A stretch of 64,000 nt of DNA from assembly GCA_019058445.1 (NCBI GenBank), contig JAHPZA010000003.1, forward strand, positions 282,810 through 346,809, in the 5' to 3' direction. This DNA is from Promethearchaeota archaeon (GTDB taxonomy: Archaea; Asgardarchaeota; Lokiarchaeia; Sigyniarchaeales; SOKP01). The position numbers and the translations under genes are program-made. The notes under the pieces are model-generated. The model made no database searches and was not told the DNA's origin. It was given only the letters and a program-made list of their open reading frames with translations. Of this stretch, positions 41,062-49,306 are shown one piece after another; positions within the stretch are counted from its first letter, which is position 1, and every line of letters begins with the position of its first letter.

Positions 41062-44000
41062 TTGAGTAAAGCAAGGGCCGGCTCAAGTCCTTTTGAGGAG
41101 AAAGGAGCATTCTTATTTAAGCATCTTCCCATGCCCTCTTACGCTTGGCAAATTGTGGAGAATGACCTGATTCTAATTGACTATAATAATGTTGCTTTTG
41201 AAATTACTGAAGGAAGAATCGAGAAATATTTAAAGATTAAAGCTACAGAATTATATAAGGATCAGCCTGAAATTCTTGAGGACTTAAGAAAATGTGTTAG
41301 GGAAAGAACTAATTTTTTCAAAGAAATAAAATATAAATTTACTTCTGTTGATCTTGAGAGATATTTTTCAGTTAATTACGGTTTTATACCACCTGATATA
41401 GTTATCGTTCATACAAATGATATTACAGAGAAAAAACAAATCGAATTCCAAAAGCAGCAACTTGAAGAAAAGTTAATCAAATTAACAAAGGAATTAAGTA
41501 TAGTTAATCAAGAATTAGAACAGAAATATCATTATAAATCTAACCAATTACTAAAATCAGAAGAGAAGTATAAAATTATAACTGAGAATGCTAATGACAT
41601 TATTATAGTATTTAATAGGGAATTTAAAATTGAATATTGCAACGAGAAACCGCTAAATCAAATTCTAGGTTATAAAATTGAAGAACTTATTGGAATGTAT
41701 GGATATGAATTAATTCACCCTGATGAAAAAGAAACAGTTATAGCAGGATTCATGAAAGGGAGAGAAACCGGCAAAAGCGTTGTTGTAGCAAGAATAAGAC
41801 ATCAAAAGGGGTATTATATTTGGATTGAAGCCACTGGAAGGGTTTTTACAGACAAAAATGGGATAAAAAAAGATGTTGTAATTGTGAGAGATATTTCTGA
41901 TCGTAAATTAGCAGAAACAAAATTACTTAATTCAGAATTTGAGCTAAAGGAGAGAGTTAAGGAACTTAGTGCCTTATACCATATCTCTAAAATTTTTGAC
42001 ATTTCAAATATTTCTGTTGATGATGTATTATATGATGTTACCAATTTTTTACCAGCTGCTTTTCAGTATCCCAATATAACATGCGCTAGAATAAGGTATA
42101 ACACTAATGAGTATAGAACTATTAATTTTAAAGAGACAGATTTAAAAATCTCAATTAAAGAAAGAATTAATGAAAAATTATTAACAATTGATATATATAT
42201 TCTCGAAGATAAACCATTTTTAGAGGAAGAGGTTTATTTTCTAAATGACATTGGAAAACGCTTAAAAAATTTCTTAGAAAAAAAAGAAACTGAACAATAT
42301 TTAAGAAAATCTGAAGAAAAATACCGTCTTATTTCTGAAAATGCTAATGATTTGATTGTTATAGTAAGTAAGGAGGGAATAATAGAGTATGTTAATAAAA
42401 GACCTCTATTAAAAAATTTTGGATATAGTTTAACTGAAATAATAGGGAGAAAACCAAACGAATTTATACATCCTGATGCGCTAGAAGAAGGAGAATTTAA
42501 TATTATAAAATATCTTAAAAAAGGAAAAAAAAACATAAATGCGAGACTCCGGCATAAGAAAGGCTATTTTGTTCCCGTTGAATTTAGTATAAGCTTATTT
42601 ATAGATGCTTATAAAGAACCAAAACAACTCGTAATTGTTAGAAATATATCTAAACGACAAGAAGCTGAACAAAAATTAAAAGAATCAGAAGTAAAATATA
42701 GACTAATAACAGAAAATGTAAATGACCTAATCTCGATTGTGAACGAAGAATTAAAATATGAATATATTAATGAAAATGTCACACAAGAAATGAGGGGTTT
42801 TTCAAGGGAGGATAGAATTGGCAATTCACCCATTGATATACTCCATCCGGATGATATTGAAAAAGCTAAGAGGGCGATACTTGAAGCTTTTGAAGTTGGG
42901 GAGGGAAGATTAGAAGTCAGATTAATAAATAGAGATGGAGGATATGATTGGTTCGATGTTAAAGGAAAAACTTTTATTGACATAGATGGGAAAAAGAAAA
43001 TTCTTCTAGTCTCAAGAGATTTGAACGAGAGAAAAGAAGCCGAAAAGAAGCTTAGAGAATCAGAAAAAAAATATAGGCGTCAATTTGAAGATTCTCCGAA
43101 TATGATTCTTCTCCTTAATTCAAGTGGTACTATTATAGATGTCAATCCAGCTTTTCTACTCAATTCAATTCATAATAAGGGAGAACTAATTGGAAATAAT
43201 TTTCAACATATTAGTGGATTCGGTACATTACATATGCCACTTTTTCAAGAGAAATTCGCAGAATTATTAAATATAGGGCATCTAAAACCTATTGAACTTC
43301 AAGTACATCTGAAAGACAATCAATTAAAATGGATTTCTTTACAAGCTTCTGTTATAGATATAGATGGAGTTAAATTAGTACAAGTAATAGCACAAGATAT
43401 CAATGAACGTAAAGAGGCAGAGCAAAAATTAATAGAATCCGAAGAAAAATATCGCCTTATAGCAGAAAATGCCAACGATATGATTTATGTTCTAAATAAA
43501 GATTATAGGTTTGAGTATATAAATGAAAGTACATTAATGAAACAAATGGGTTATACTAGTGAAGAGCTAATCGGCAAAATGCCATTGGAATATATACATC
43601 CAGAAGATATAGGTAGGGTTCGTAAGGGGTTAAGAAAAGGATTTGGAACAGGTCAAGGTACGATTGAGGTTAGAATCATGGATAAAGAAGGTAAATATCA
43701 TTGGGTTGAAATTCGAGGACAAACATTTATAGATTCTGATGGAAAGCTTAAAGCTTTATCAATAGCTCGAGATATTAATGAACGAAAAATAGCTGAACAA
43801 CAAATAAAAGAGTCAGAAGAAAAATTTAGGACTATTGCTGAGCAGTCTTTTCTTGGTATCGCCATAATACAAGATAATCTGCTTAAATATGTAAATCAAA
43901 AACTTGCTGATATCTTTGGTTATTCGATTGAAGAAGCAGATACTTGGCAAGTCGGAGAGTTTTTAAATGTAATTCATCCCGAAGATAAACAATTTGTAGC

Positions 44001-46053
44001 CAAACAGGCTATGAAAAAACAAATGGGTGAACCAGACGCTGAAAATCAATATCAATTTAGGGGTATAAAGAAGGATGGAACTGTGATTTGGTTAGAACTT
44101 TTTTCTAAAACGATTAGTTATCAAGAGAAACTAGCTGTTCTTGGTACTATTTTAGACATTACCGATAAAAAATTAGCAGAAAAAGCCCTAAAAACTGAAA
44201 AAAAATTTTCAGAAGATATGATAAACACTACTTCAGATACAATTTTTGTATTTGAGCCAGCAACGGGTAAAGCTATTAGATGGAATAATTCTTTTAGTGA
44301 TGTTAGCGGATACACTAATGAAGAGATAGTTTCTATGAAAGCTCCAGACTCCTATTACAGCGAGGAGGATCTTGAACAAGCAACCAAAGCTATTAAAAAA
44401 ATATCAGAAGAAGGAGAAGTTACTGTTGAAATGTCCTTAATTAGTAAAGATGGGCGCTCCATACCTTTTGAATACAGAGCAAGATCTTTCAGCACTTCAG
44501 ATGGTAGAGACTTGATAGTTTCTTATGGAAGGGATATAACAGAAAGAAAGGAAGCTGAACGACAATTACGTGAATCAAAGGAAAAATTCCGCGCTCTAGT
44601 CGAGACTACTAGTGATTGGATATGGGAAGTGGATCATAATAATATCTATAAGTATGTCAGTCCAAAAGCCAAAGACTTATTAGGATATGAGCCTGAAGAA
44701 CTTATCGGTAAAACCCCATTCGACACGATGCTGCCTGATGAGAAACAATCCATAAGAGAAATGTTTGAGTCCATTAAACAATCCAAAAATTCTTTTACAG
44801 GATTAGAAAATATATGTATAACTAAGAACGGGGAAAAAATTGTTATTGAAACGAGTGGAGTTCCAATTTTTGATGAAAAAGGCAATTTTAGGGGTTATCG
44901 TGGTATTGATCGCGATATTACTGTTCGTAAAAAAATTGAACAAAAATTAAAAGAGTCAGAAGAAAAATATCGTCTTATTTCTGAAAACGTATACGACCTA
45001 ATTGGCATTCTAAATCAGAAATTTGAATATGAATACATTAATGAAGAAGCTTTTATATCTACATTAGGCTATACTAATGAAGAGATTATTGGAACATACG
45101 CATTAAATTACATTCATCCTGAGGATCGTGAACTAGCATTAAATAATTTAGCTGAAGGCTTTAAAACAGGGTACGGATCTGCAGAAGTGAGATTTAAACA
45201 CAAGAATAACCAATGGATATGGATTGAAGCAAGAGGAAAAACTTTCACGGGTTCTGATGGAGATTTAAAAGCATTGATAGTATCAAGAGATATTACCAAA
45301 CGTAAAAAAGCTGATGAAAATCTAAGAGAATCTGAAGAAAAATATCGGGATGCGTATGATCAAGCGAACTTCTATAAAGATCTTTTTGCCCACGATATAA
45401 ATAACATTATGCAAGTTATCAATTCTTCAGCAGAACTTATAAATTACTATATGAATAGCCCTGAAAATCTTGAAGAAATCGGCACAATTGCCGATATGAT
45501 TAAAAAACAAATTGCTAAAGCAAAAATTCTAGTCCATAACGTAAACACTCTCTCAGAACTAGAGGAAGGGACAAAACCAATCAAATTAATAGAAGTTTAT
45601 GAGTTGGTACAAAATTCAGCGAAATATGTTAGAACTGCTTTCCAAGAGAGAGCTATTGATATTGAAATTGAATCTTTCAGTAACAGAATATTTGTACAAG
45701 CCAATGAATTGCTGCAAGAGGTATTTGATAATATTTTAACAAACGCCGTAAGGTATAATGATAATTCTCTAATTAAAATTTTGGTAAATGTGTCTAGAGA
45801 AAGAAAAGATGATCAAAAATATCTTAAATTTGAATTGATAGATAATGGCATTGGTATAGAGGATGAAAGAAAAAGAATTATATTTAAGAGAGGTCATAGA
45901 GAATCTAAAGGGCAAAAAGGAATGGGTTTAGGATTATCCTTAGTAAAAAAAATATTAGAAGGATTTAATGGAGAAATTTGGGTTGAAAATCGAGTTAAAG
46001 ATGATTATACTAAAGGAAGTAATTTTATACTATTAATACCAGAAGCAGGGTAA
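41062..46053 (+). CDS. Giant multi-PAS (about 10 PAS + GAF-like) sensor histidine kinase, 1663 aa
   Basis: Repeated ESEEKYR..ENAND/IHPED/RDI PAS-PAC units; H-box FAHDINN; NILTNAVRY; DNGIGI; GMGLGLS; no TM segment. Confidence 0.92.
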   Translation: MSKARAGSSPFEEKGAFLFKHLPMPSYAWQIVENDLILIDYNNVAFEITEGRIEKYLKIKATELYKDQPEILEDLRKCVRERTNFFKEIKYKFTSVDLERYFSVNYGFIPPDIVIVHTNDITEKKQIEFQKQQLEEKLIKLTKELSIVNQELEQKYHYKSNQLLKSEEKYKIITENANDIIIVFNREFKIEYCNEKPLNQILGYKIEELIGMYGYELIHPDEKETVIAGFMKGRETGKSVVVARIRHQKGYYIWIEATGRVFTDKNGIKKDVVIVRDISDRKLAETKLLNSEFELKERVKELSALYHISKIFDISNISVDDVLYDVTNFLPAAFQYPNITCARIRYNTNEYRTINFKETDLKISIKERINEKLLTIDIYILEDKPFLEEEVYFLNDIGKRLKNFLEKKETEQYLRKSEEKYRLISENANDLIVIVSKEGIIEYVNKRPLLKNFGYSLTEIIGRKPNEFIHPDALEEGEFNIIKYLKKGKKNINARLRHKKGYFVPVEFSISLFIDAYKEPKQLVIVRNISKRQEAEQKLKESEVKYRLITENVNDLISIVNEELKYEYINENVTQEMRGFSREDRIGNSPIDILHPDDIEKAKRAILEAFEVGEGRLEVRLINRDGGYDWFDVKGKTFIDIDGKKKILLVSRDLNERKEAEKKLRESEKKYRRQFEDSPNMILLLNSSGTIIDVNPAFLLNSIHNKGELIGNNFQHISGFGTLHMPLFQEKFAELLNIGHLKPIELQVHLKDNQLKWISLQASVIDIDGVKLVQVIAQDINERKEAEQKLIESEEKYRLIAENANDMIYVLNKDYRFEYINESTLMKQMGYTSEELIGKMPLEYIHPEDIGRVRKGLRKGFGTGQGTIEVRIMDKEGKYHWVEIRGQTFIDSDGKLKALSIARDINERKIAEQQIKESEEKFRTIAEQSFLGIAIIQDNLLKYVNQKLADIFGYSIEEADTWQVGEFLNVIHPEDKQFVAKQAMKKQMGEPDAENQYQFRGIKKDGTVIWLELFSKTISYQEKLAVLGTILDITDKKLAEKALKTEKKFSEDMINTTSDTIFVFEPATGKAIRWNNSFSDVSGYTNEEIVSMKAPDSYYSEEDLEQATKAIKKISEEGEVTVEMSLISKDGRSIPFEYRARSFSTSDGRDLIVSYGRDITERKEAERQLRESKEKFRALVETTSDWIWEVDHNNIYKYVSPKAKDLLGYEPEELIGKTPFDTMLPDEKQSIREMFESIKQSKNSFTGLENICITKNGEKIVIETSGVPIFDEKGNFRGYRGIDRDITVRKKIEQKLKESEEKYRLISENVYDLIGILNQKFEYEYINEEAFISTLGYTNEEIIGTYALNYIHPEDRELALNNLAEGFKTGYGSAEVRFKHKNNQWIWIEARGKTFTGSDGDLKALIVSRDITKRKKADENLRESEEKYRDAYDQANFYKDLFAHDINNIMQVINSSAELINYYMNSPENLEEIGTIADMIKKQIAKAKILVHNVNTLSELEEGTKPIKLIEVYELVQNSAKYVRTAFQERAIDIEIESFSNRIFVQANELLQEVFDNILTNAVRYNDNSLIKILVNVSRERKDDQKYLKFELIDNGIGIEDERKRIIFKRGHRESKGQKGMGLGLSLVKKILEGFNGEIWVENRVKDDYTKGSNFILLIPEAG

Positions 46054-46118
46054 CACGTTTAGCCTTATTTCAAATATTTTAATATTATTAAGTGTCTTAA
46101 TTGTTACTTTATGAAGAA

Positions 46119-46271
46119 TTAATCGCGTTCATAAAATTTGCCTGGTTTTGCACCACAAAATGCCTCAAACTTGAAGAATGGCACAGTTTTTTCACAAGAT
46201 GGACATGCATAGGTTCCAGGAGCTGAATTTTGTAATACATAGTTACAGTTTGAACATATTGCCCACTTCAT
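46119..46271 (-). CDS. Zinc-ribbon microprotein (50 aa), Cys-containing paralog of 49307-49420
   Basis: Manual translation MKWAICSNCNYVLQNSAPGTYACPSCEKTVPFFKFEAFCGAKPGKFYERD*; CxxC-x13-CPxC. An alternative in-frame ATG exists at 46295. Confidence 0.75.
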   Translation of the reverse strand: MKWAICSNCNYVLQNSAPGTYACPSCEKTVPFFKFEAFCGAKPGKFYERD

Positions 46272-46473
46272 ACTTGATATATTGAATATGAACATAAAAT
46301 TTTTAATATTATGAAATAAAACATATCCCTAATTTCTATTGTTTTAGATTAAAGATATTTATGCAATTTCATATATACTATAAATCCGAATTGGAAATCT
46401 TTTTTATTTTTATTAACCCTAATTATAAATTTTTGAATTTTCATTAGTTTCTCAAAAAGCATTTGCTAGAAAT

Positions 46474-46827
46474 ATGGATGTATCAAAAAATTATTACAAA
46501 ATTCTTGAAGTTGAAAAAGATGCCAGTGAAGAAGAGATTAAGTTAGCCTATAGGAAGCTGGCAAAGAAATATCATCCTGATTTAAACAAGAATGATCCAA
46601 ATGCCAAAGATAAATTTATTGAATTGAAAGAAGCATATGATATTCTAATAGATCCAGAAAAACGAAAGATATATGATCAAATCGGATATAATCCTCAAAA
46701 TATTGACTTTAGCGACCTTTTCAGCAAATATGATAACAGGAGACTTAGAGAGTTGCTTAGAAGGATATTTGGAAGTGATTTTAAGAGGGATTCCTACAAA
46801 CCTCCCCCAGAAACGATGTATATCTAA
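46474..46827 (+). CDS. Small J-domain (DnaJ-type) protein
   Basis: [24 protein letters not shown]; no zinc-finger or substrate-binding domain. Confidence 0.9.
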   Translation: MDVSKNYYKILEVEKDASEEEIKLAYRKLAKKYHPDLNKNDPNAKDKFIELKEAYDILIDPEKRKIYDQIGYNPQNIDFSDLFSKYDNRRLRELLRRIFGSDFKRDSYKPPPETMYI

Positions 46828-46863
46828 TCCTTTTTTTTATTAATAAAAAAAAGATGGTAAAAT

Positions 46864-46921
46864 ATATCCAGAACCCTTGCTGGGTTGTCATCGTGCGTCT
46901 CATTTTTTTTCCTTTTTTTAA
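46864..46921 (-). promoter_or_regulatory. 3' half of a SECIS-like element (copy 3) split by IS insertion
   Basis: Minus strand reads ...A-rich loop-AG-ACGCACGA-TGAC-AACCC-AGCAA-GGGTT-CTGGATAT, the same layout as the 3' halves of copies 1 and 2. Confidence 0.7.
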
Positions 46922-48325
46922 GTAGAAAACCATATCTTTTAGGAAATGGATGATCTTGTATAAAAATTATTAATCCCCTTCAGTTCTTACTTTTTTATAG
47001 AGCTTCAGTCAAATATTTATAATAGGATATCAAAAAAGGAGGATAACTCTTGAAAATTAACAAAACAATGAAGCTTCGGCTCTATCCGACCAAAATCCAA
47101 CGAGAACTGTTGAATAAGACATTTGGCTGTTGCCGTCTTCTATGGAATCAGATGTTAGCGGAGCGCAACGAGGTATTTCAAGAATTTAAAGAGAACTCCG
47201 AAACCTTGAGGAATTATAAGTATAAAAAAGAAAAGGATTATAAACAAGAATTTGAGTTTATGAAAGAGGTCGATAGCAAGGCTTTACAATCTACAACCCT
47301 ATACCTAATAGAGGCATTCAATAATTTTTTTAATGGGTTAAAGGTGTCCCGAAAAGTAGGATATCCGAGGTTTAAATCAAAAAAAAGTAAACAATCCTAT
47401 ACTACTTATAACATCAATAGCAATATTAAAATTGATTTTGACCTAAAACATATTAAGCTCCCAAAAATTAAAAAATGGATAAAGTATAAGGATGATAGGA
47501 GTTTTACCGAGCCAATTCGTCATGTAACCGTTTCGAAAACCAAGAGCGGACACTATTACTTGGCCATTTTGATTGAAAAAGAGCTTGATATCTCACCTCT
47601 AACGGAAATCCACGAAGATCGTATAGGAGCATTTGATATGTCAGCCACAAGGTTTCTGATTAGTGAAACTGAAGACTTTTCCAATCCTAGGTTTTATAGA
47701 TCCTCAGAAGCGAGGTTAAAGCAATTGCATCGCCAATTATCTCGCAAAAAAAAGAATTCTCAAAATCGACTGAAAACCAAGCTGAGACTTGCTCGAATGT
47801 ATCAAAAGATTTGGTATCAAAAATATGATTGGACACATAAAACGACCCTTAAACTAGCTAATAAATATGATGTAGTAGTCTTAGAAGACCTTAACATCCA
47901 AGGAATACAAAAATTTAACAGCGGTCTATCTAAATCCGTGACATTAGATTTTTCATGGCATCAGTTTAAAACATTGCTAAAATATAAACTTGAATGGCGA
48001 GGAAAGCACTAACTAGAGGTGAATCGTTTTTTTCCTTCAAGCAAATTATGCTCTGTATGTGGGCATAAAAATATTGATTTAACATTAGCAGAACGCGTAT
48101 GGGTATGTACTGAATGCGGTACACAACATCATAGAGATAAAAATGCGTCAAGCAATCTAAAAAGAGAGGGTATTCGTCTCTTACAAGAAAGAGGAATTAA
48201 AGTCATTATTTGACCTACCGTTGGGACGACGGGAAGTTACGCTTGTGGAGATCTTGTAAGACACCCTTTAAGGTGCTTTGGTCAGGGAAACAAGAATCCA
48301 GATCCTATATGGACTGGTAGTTCAA
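46922..48325 (+). mobile_element. Non-autonomous IS200/IS605-family (IS1341-type, tnpB-only) element
   Basis: Preceded by TTTAA (46917-46921); left-end hairpin ACCATATCTTTTAGGAAATGGA; right-end hairpin then GGTAGTTCAA ending at 48325; no tnpA. Removing it rejoins two halves of one RNA structure. Confidence 0.85.
47050..48213 (+). pseudogene. tnpB: TnpB RNA-guided nuclease with in-frame TAA at 48010-48012
   Basis: KLRLYPT, FGCCRLLWN, GYPRFKSKK, RuvC motifs AFDMS/VLEDL/HRDKNA, Zn ribbon CSVC..CTEC. ORFs 47050-48012 and 48019-48213 are in the same frame, separated by one TAA. Confidence 0.9.
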
Positions 48326-48345
48326 GCAAGATTCATTCTAAACTG
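48214..48345 (+). ncRNA. Putative TnpB omega-RNA (right-end scaffold plus about 20-nt flanking guide)
   Basis: Right-end sequence CCTACCGTTGGGACGACGGGAAGTTACGCTTGTGGAGA...GAAACAAGAATCC...GTAGTTCAA, typical of tnpB elements. Boundaries approximate. Confidence 0.6.
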
Positions 48346-48350
48346 GATAT
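48326..48350 (-). promoter_or_regulatory. 5' half of SECIS-like element copy 3
   Basis: Minus strand ATATCCAG-TTTAGA-ATGA-A-TCTTGC. ATATCCAG pairs with CTGGATAT on the far side of the IS. Confidence 0.7.
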
Positions 48351-48354
48351 CTAA

Positions 48355-48393
48355 TTATAAATATTTATTAATTGCATCCGTTAGTATATCTAT
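48355..48393 (-). pseudogene. C-terminal remnant of a second peroxiredoxin-like gene
   Basis: Encodes IDILTDAINKYL*, versus IEILTDAIDKYL* at the end of 48592-49107; lies immediately upstream of SECIS copy 3. Confidence 0.8.
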
Positions 48394-48477
48394 TTAGGAT
48401 TTATTAATTTAAAATATGGAAACAATTTATTGGTTAAAATGATTTAAATGTTTAATAACACTCATTAATTTTATAAA

Positions 48478-48542
48478 CCTTAATCCTTGGCTAGGATGTC
48501 AGCAAATGTCTAAAGTTTTTACATTTGCCTCATTCGTTAAGG
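48478..48542 (-). promoter_or_regulatory. Eukaryote-like SECIS element (copy 1), 3' UTR of the UxxU gene
   Basis: CCTTAA-CGA-ATGA-G-GCAAATGT-AAAAACTTTAG-ACATTTGC-TGAC-ATCCT-AGCCA-AGGAT-TAAGG: AUGA/GA core, perfect 8-bp helix II, apical A-run, closing helix I. Confidence 0.9.
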
Positions 48543-48591
48543 AAAGAATTTAAAATTTCAGTTAAGGAATGGTGTATCGATTATCATTTAC

Positions 48592-49107
48592 TTATAAATA
48601 TTTATCAATCGCATCAGTTAATATTTCTATTGTGGGTCTATCTTCTTTACTACCTATATAATACCAAACTATTTCTCCATTTTTTTTAATAAGTACTTTA
48701 GCAGGAAGAGCATTATTAACTTGTAAATCATCATGACCATCGGTTTTTTCTGTTACAAACATATTATATGATTTAGCTATTTTTCCGCCTTTATCAGGGA
48801 TAGTCGTGAAATTAAAATTATTAACTTCTTTCATCTTTTTCAATCGTCTAGTACTATCTTTTGCTATTGCTATTAACTTTACGTTGCGTTTTTCGAACTC
48901 TGACATATTTTTGGTTAAGTATTTAAAGTGTTCTATTCAATATACTCACCATCCCCCTCTAAAGAAGTCGATTAAAACCCCTCGATGGTTCTCAAGCATA
49001 ATCGCTAAATTTGCTTCATTCCCATCAATGTCGGTTGTATCGATAGTAGGAGCTTTGGAACCAATAGGTAATCCTTTATTAGGTATAGAAATATGTAAAT
49101 CTGTCAT
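48592..49107 (-). CDS. AhpC/TSA peroxiredoxin-like selenoprotein with UxxU motif (171 aa)
   Basis: From ATG 49107: MTDLHISIPNKGLPIGSKAPTIDTTDIDGNEANLAIMLENHRGVLIDFFRGGW-TGA-VY-TGA-IEHFKYLTKN, continuing in frame into ORF 48592-48906. The TGAs (48946-48948, 48937-48939) occupy both Cys positions of the family motif F(Y/F)RGxWCPxC; SECIS downstream. Confidence 0.92.
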
Positions 49108-49202
49108 TATTAACAATAAAAACAATAGAAATAAAAAGGATATTGAAATATTTTAAAAGAAAAAATAAAGAAAAATGATTAATTGTGTGTAGCGTTTTTT
49201 AA

Positions 49203-49270
49203 TCCTTAATCCTTGGCTAGGCCGTCAGCATACGTCTATATTTTATACGTCTGCCTCATTCTATTAGGAA
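49203..49270 (-). promoter_or_regulatory. Eukaryote-like SECIS element (copy 2)
   Basis: TTCCTAAT-AGA-ATGA-G-GCAGACGT-ATAAAATATAG-ACGTATGC-TGAC-GGCCT-AGCCA-AGG-ATTAAGGA; 7 of 8 helix II pairs, with compensatory changes relative to copy 1. Confidence 0.88.
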
Positions 49271-49306
49271 TTAAATTAAATTTTTTAATTACGTCAGATA
49301 TATGAT

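Noticed and set aside
48010-48012. In-frame stop in tnpB as a recoding site
   Set aside because: It is TAA, not TGA or TAG, and the SECIS elements are on the opposite strand; treated as a nonsense mutation.
48592-49107. Reading the Prx-like gene as a pseudogene with two nonsense mutations
   Set aside because: Both stops are TGA, fall exactly on the catalytic Cys positions, and an intact SECIS follows.
48806-49156. 116-aa + strand ORF over the selenoprotein gene
   Set aside because: Antisense shadow; the minus strand carries the recognisable thioredoxin-fold motif and SECIS.
49203-49270. SECIS copy 2 as a 5'-UTR element of the UxxU gene
   Set aside because: Not excluded but less favoured: a T-rich tract and a TATA-like TTTTAAAA lie between it and the ATG at 49107, and an upstream gene ends in TGA-TAA.
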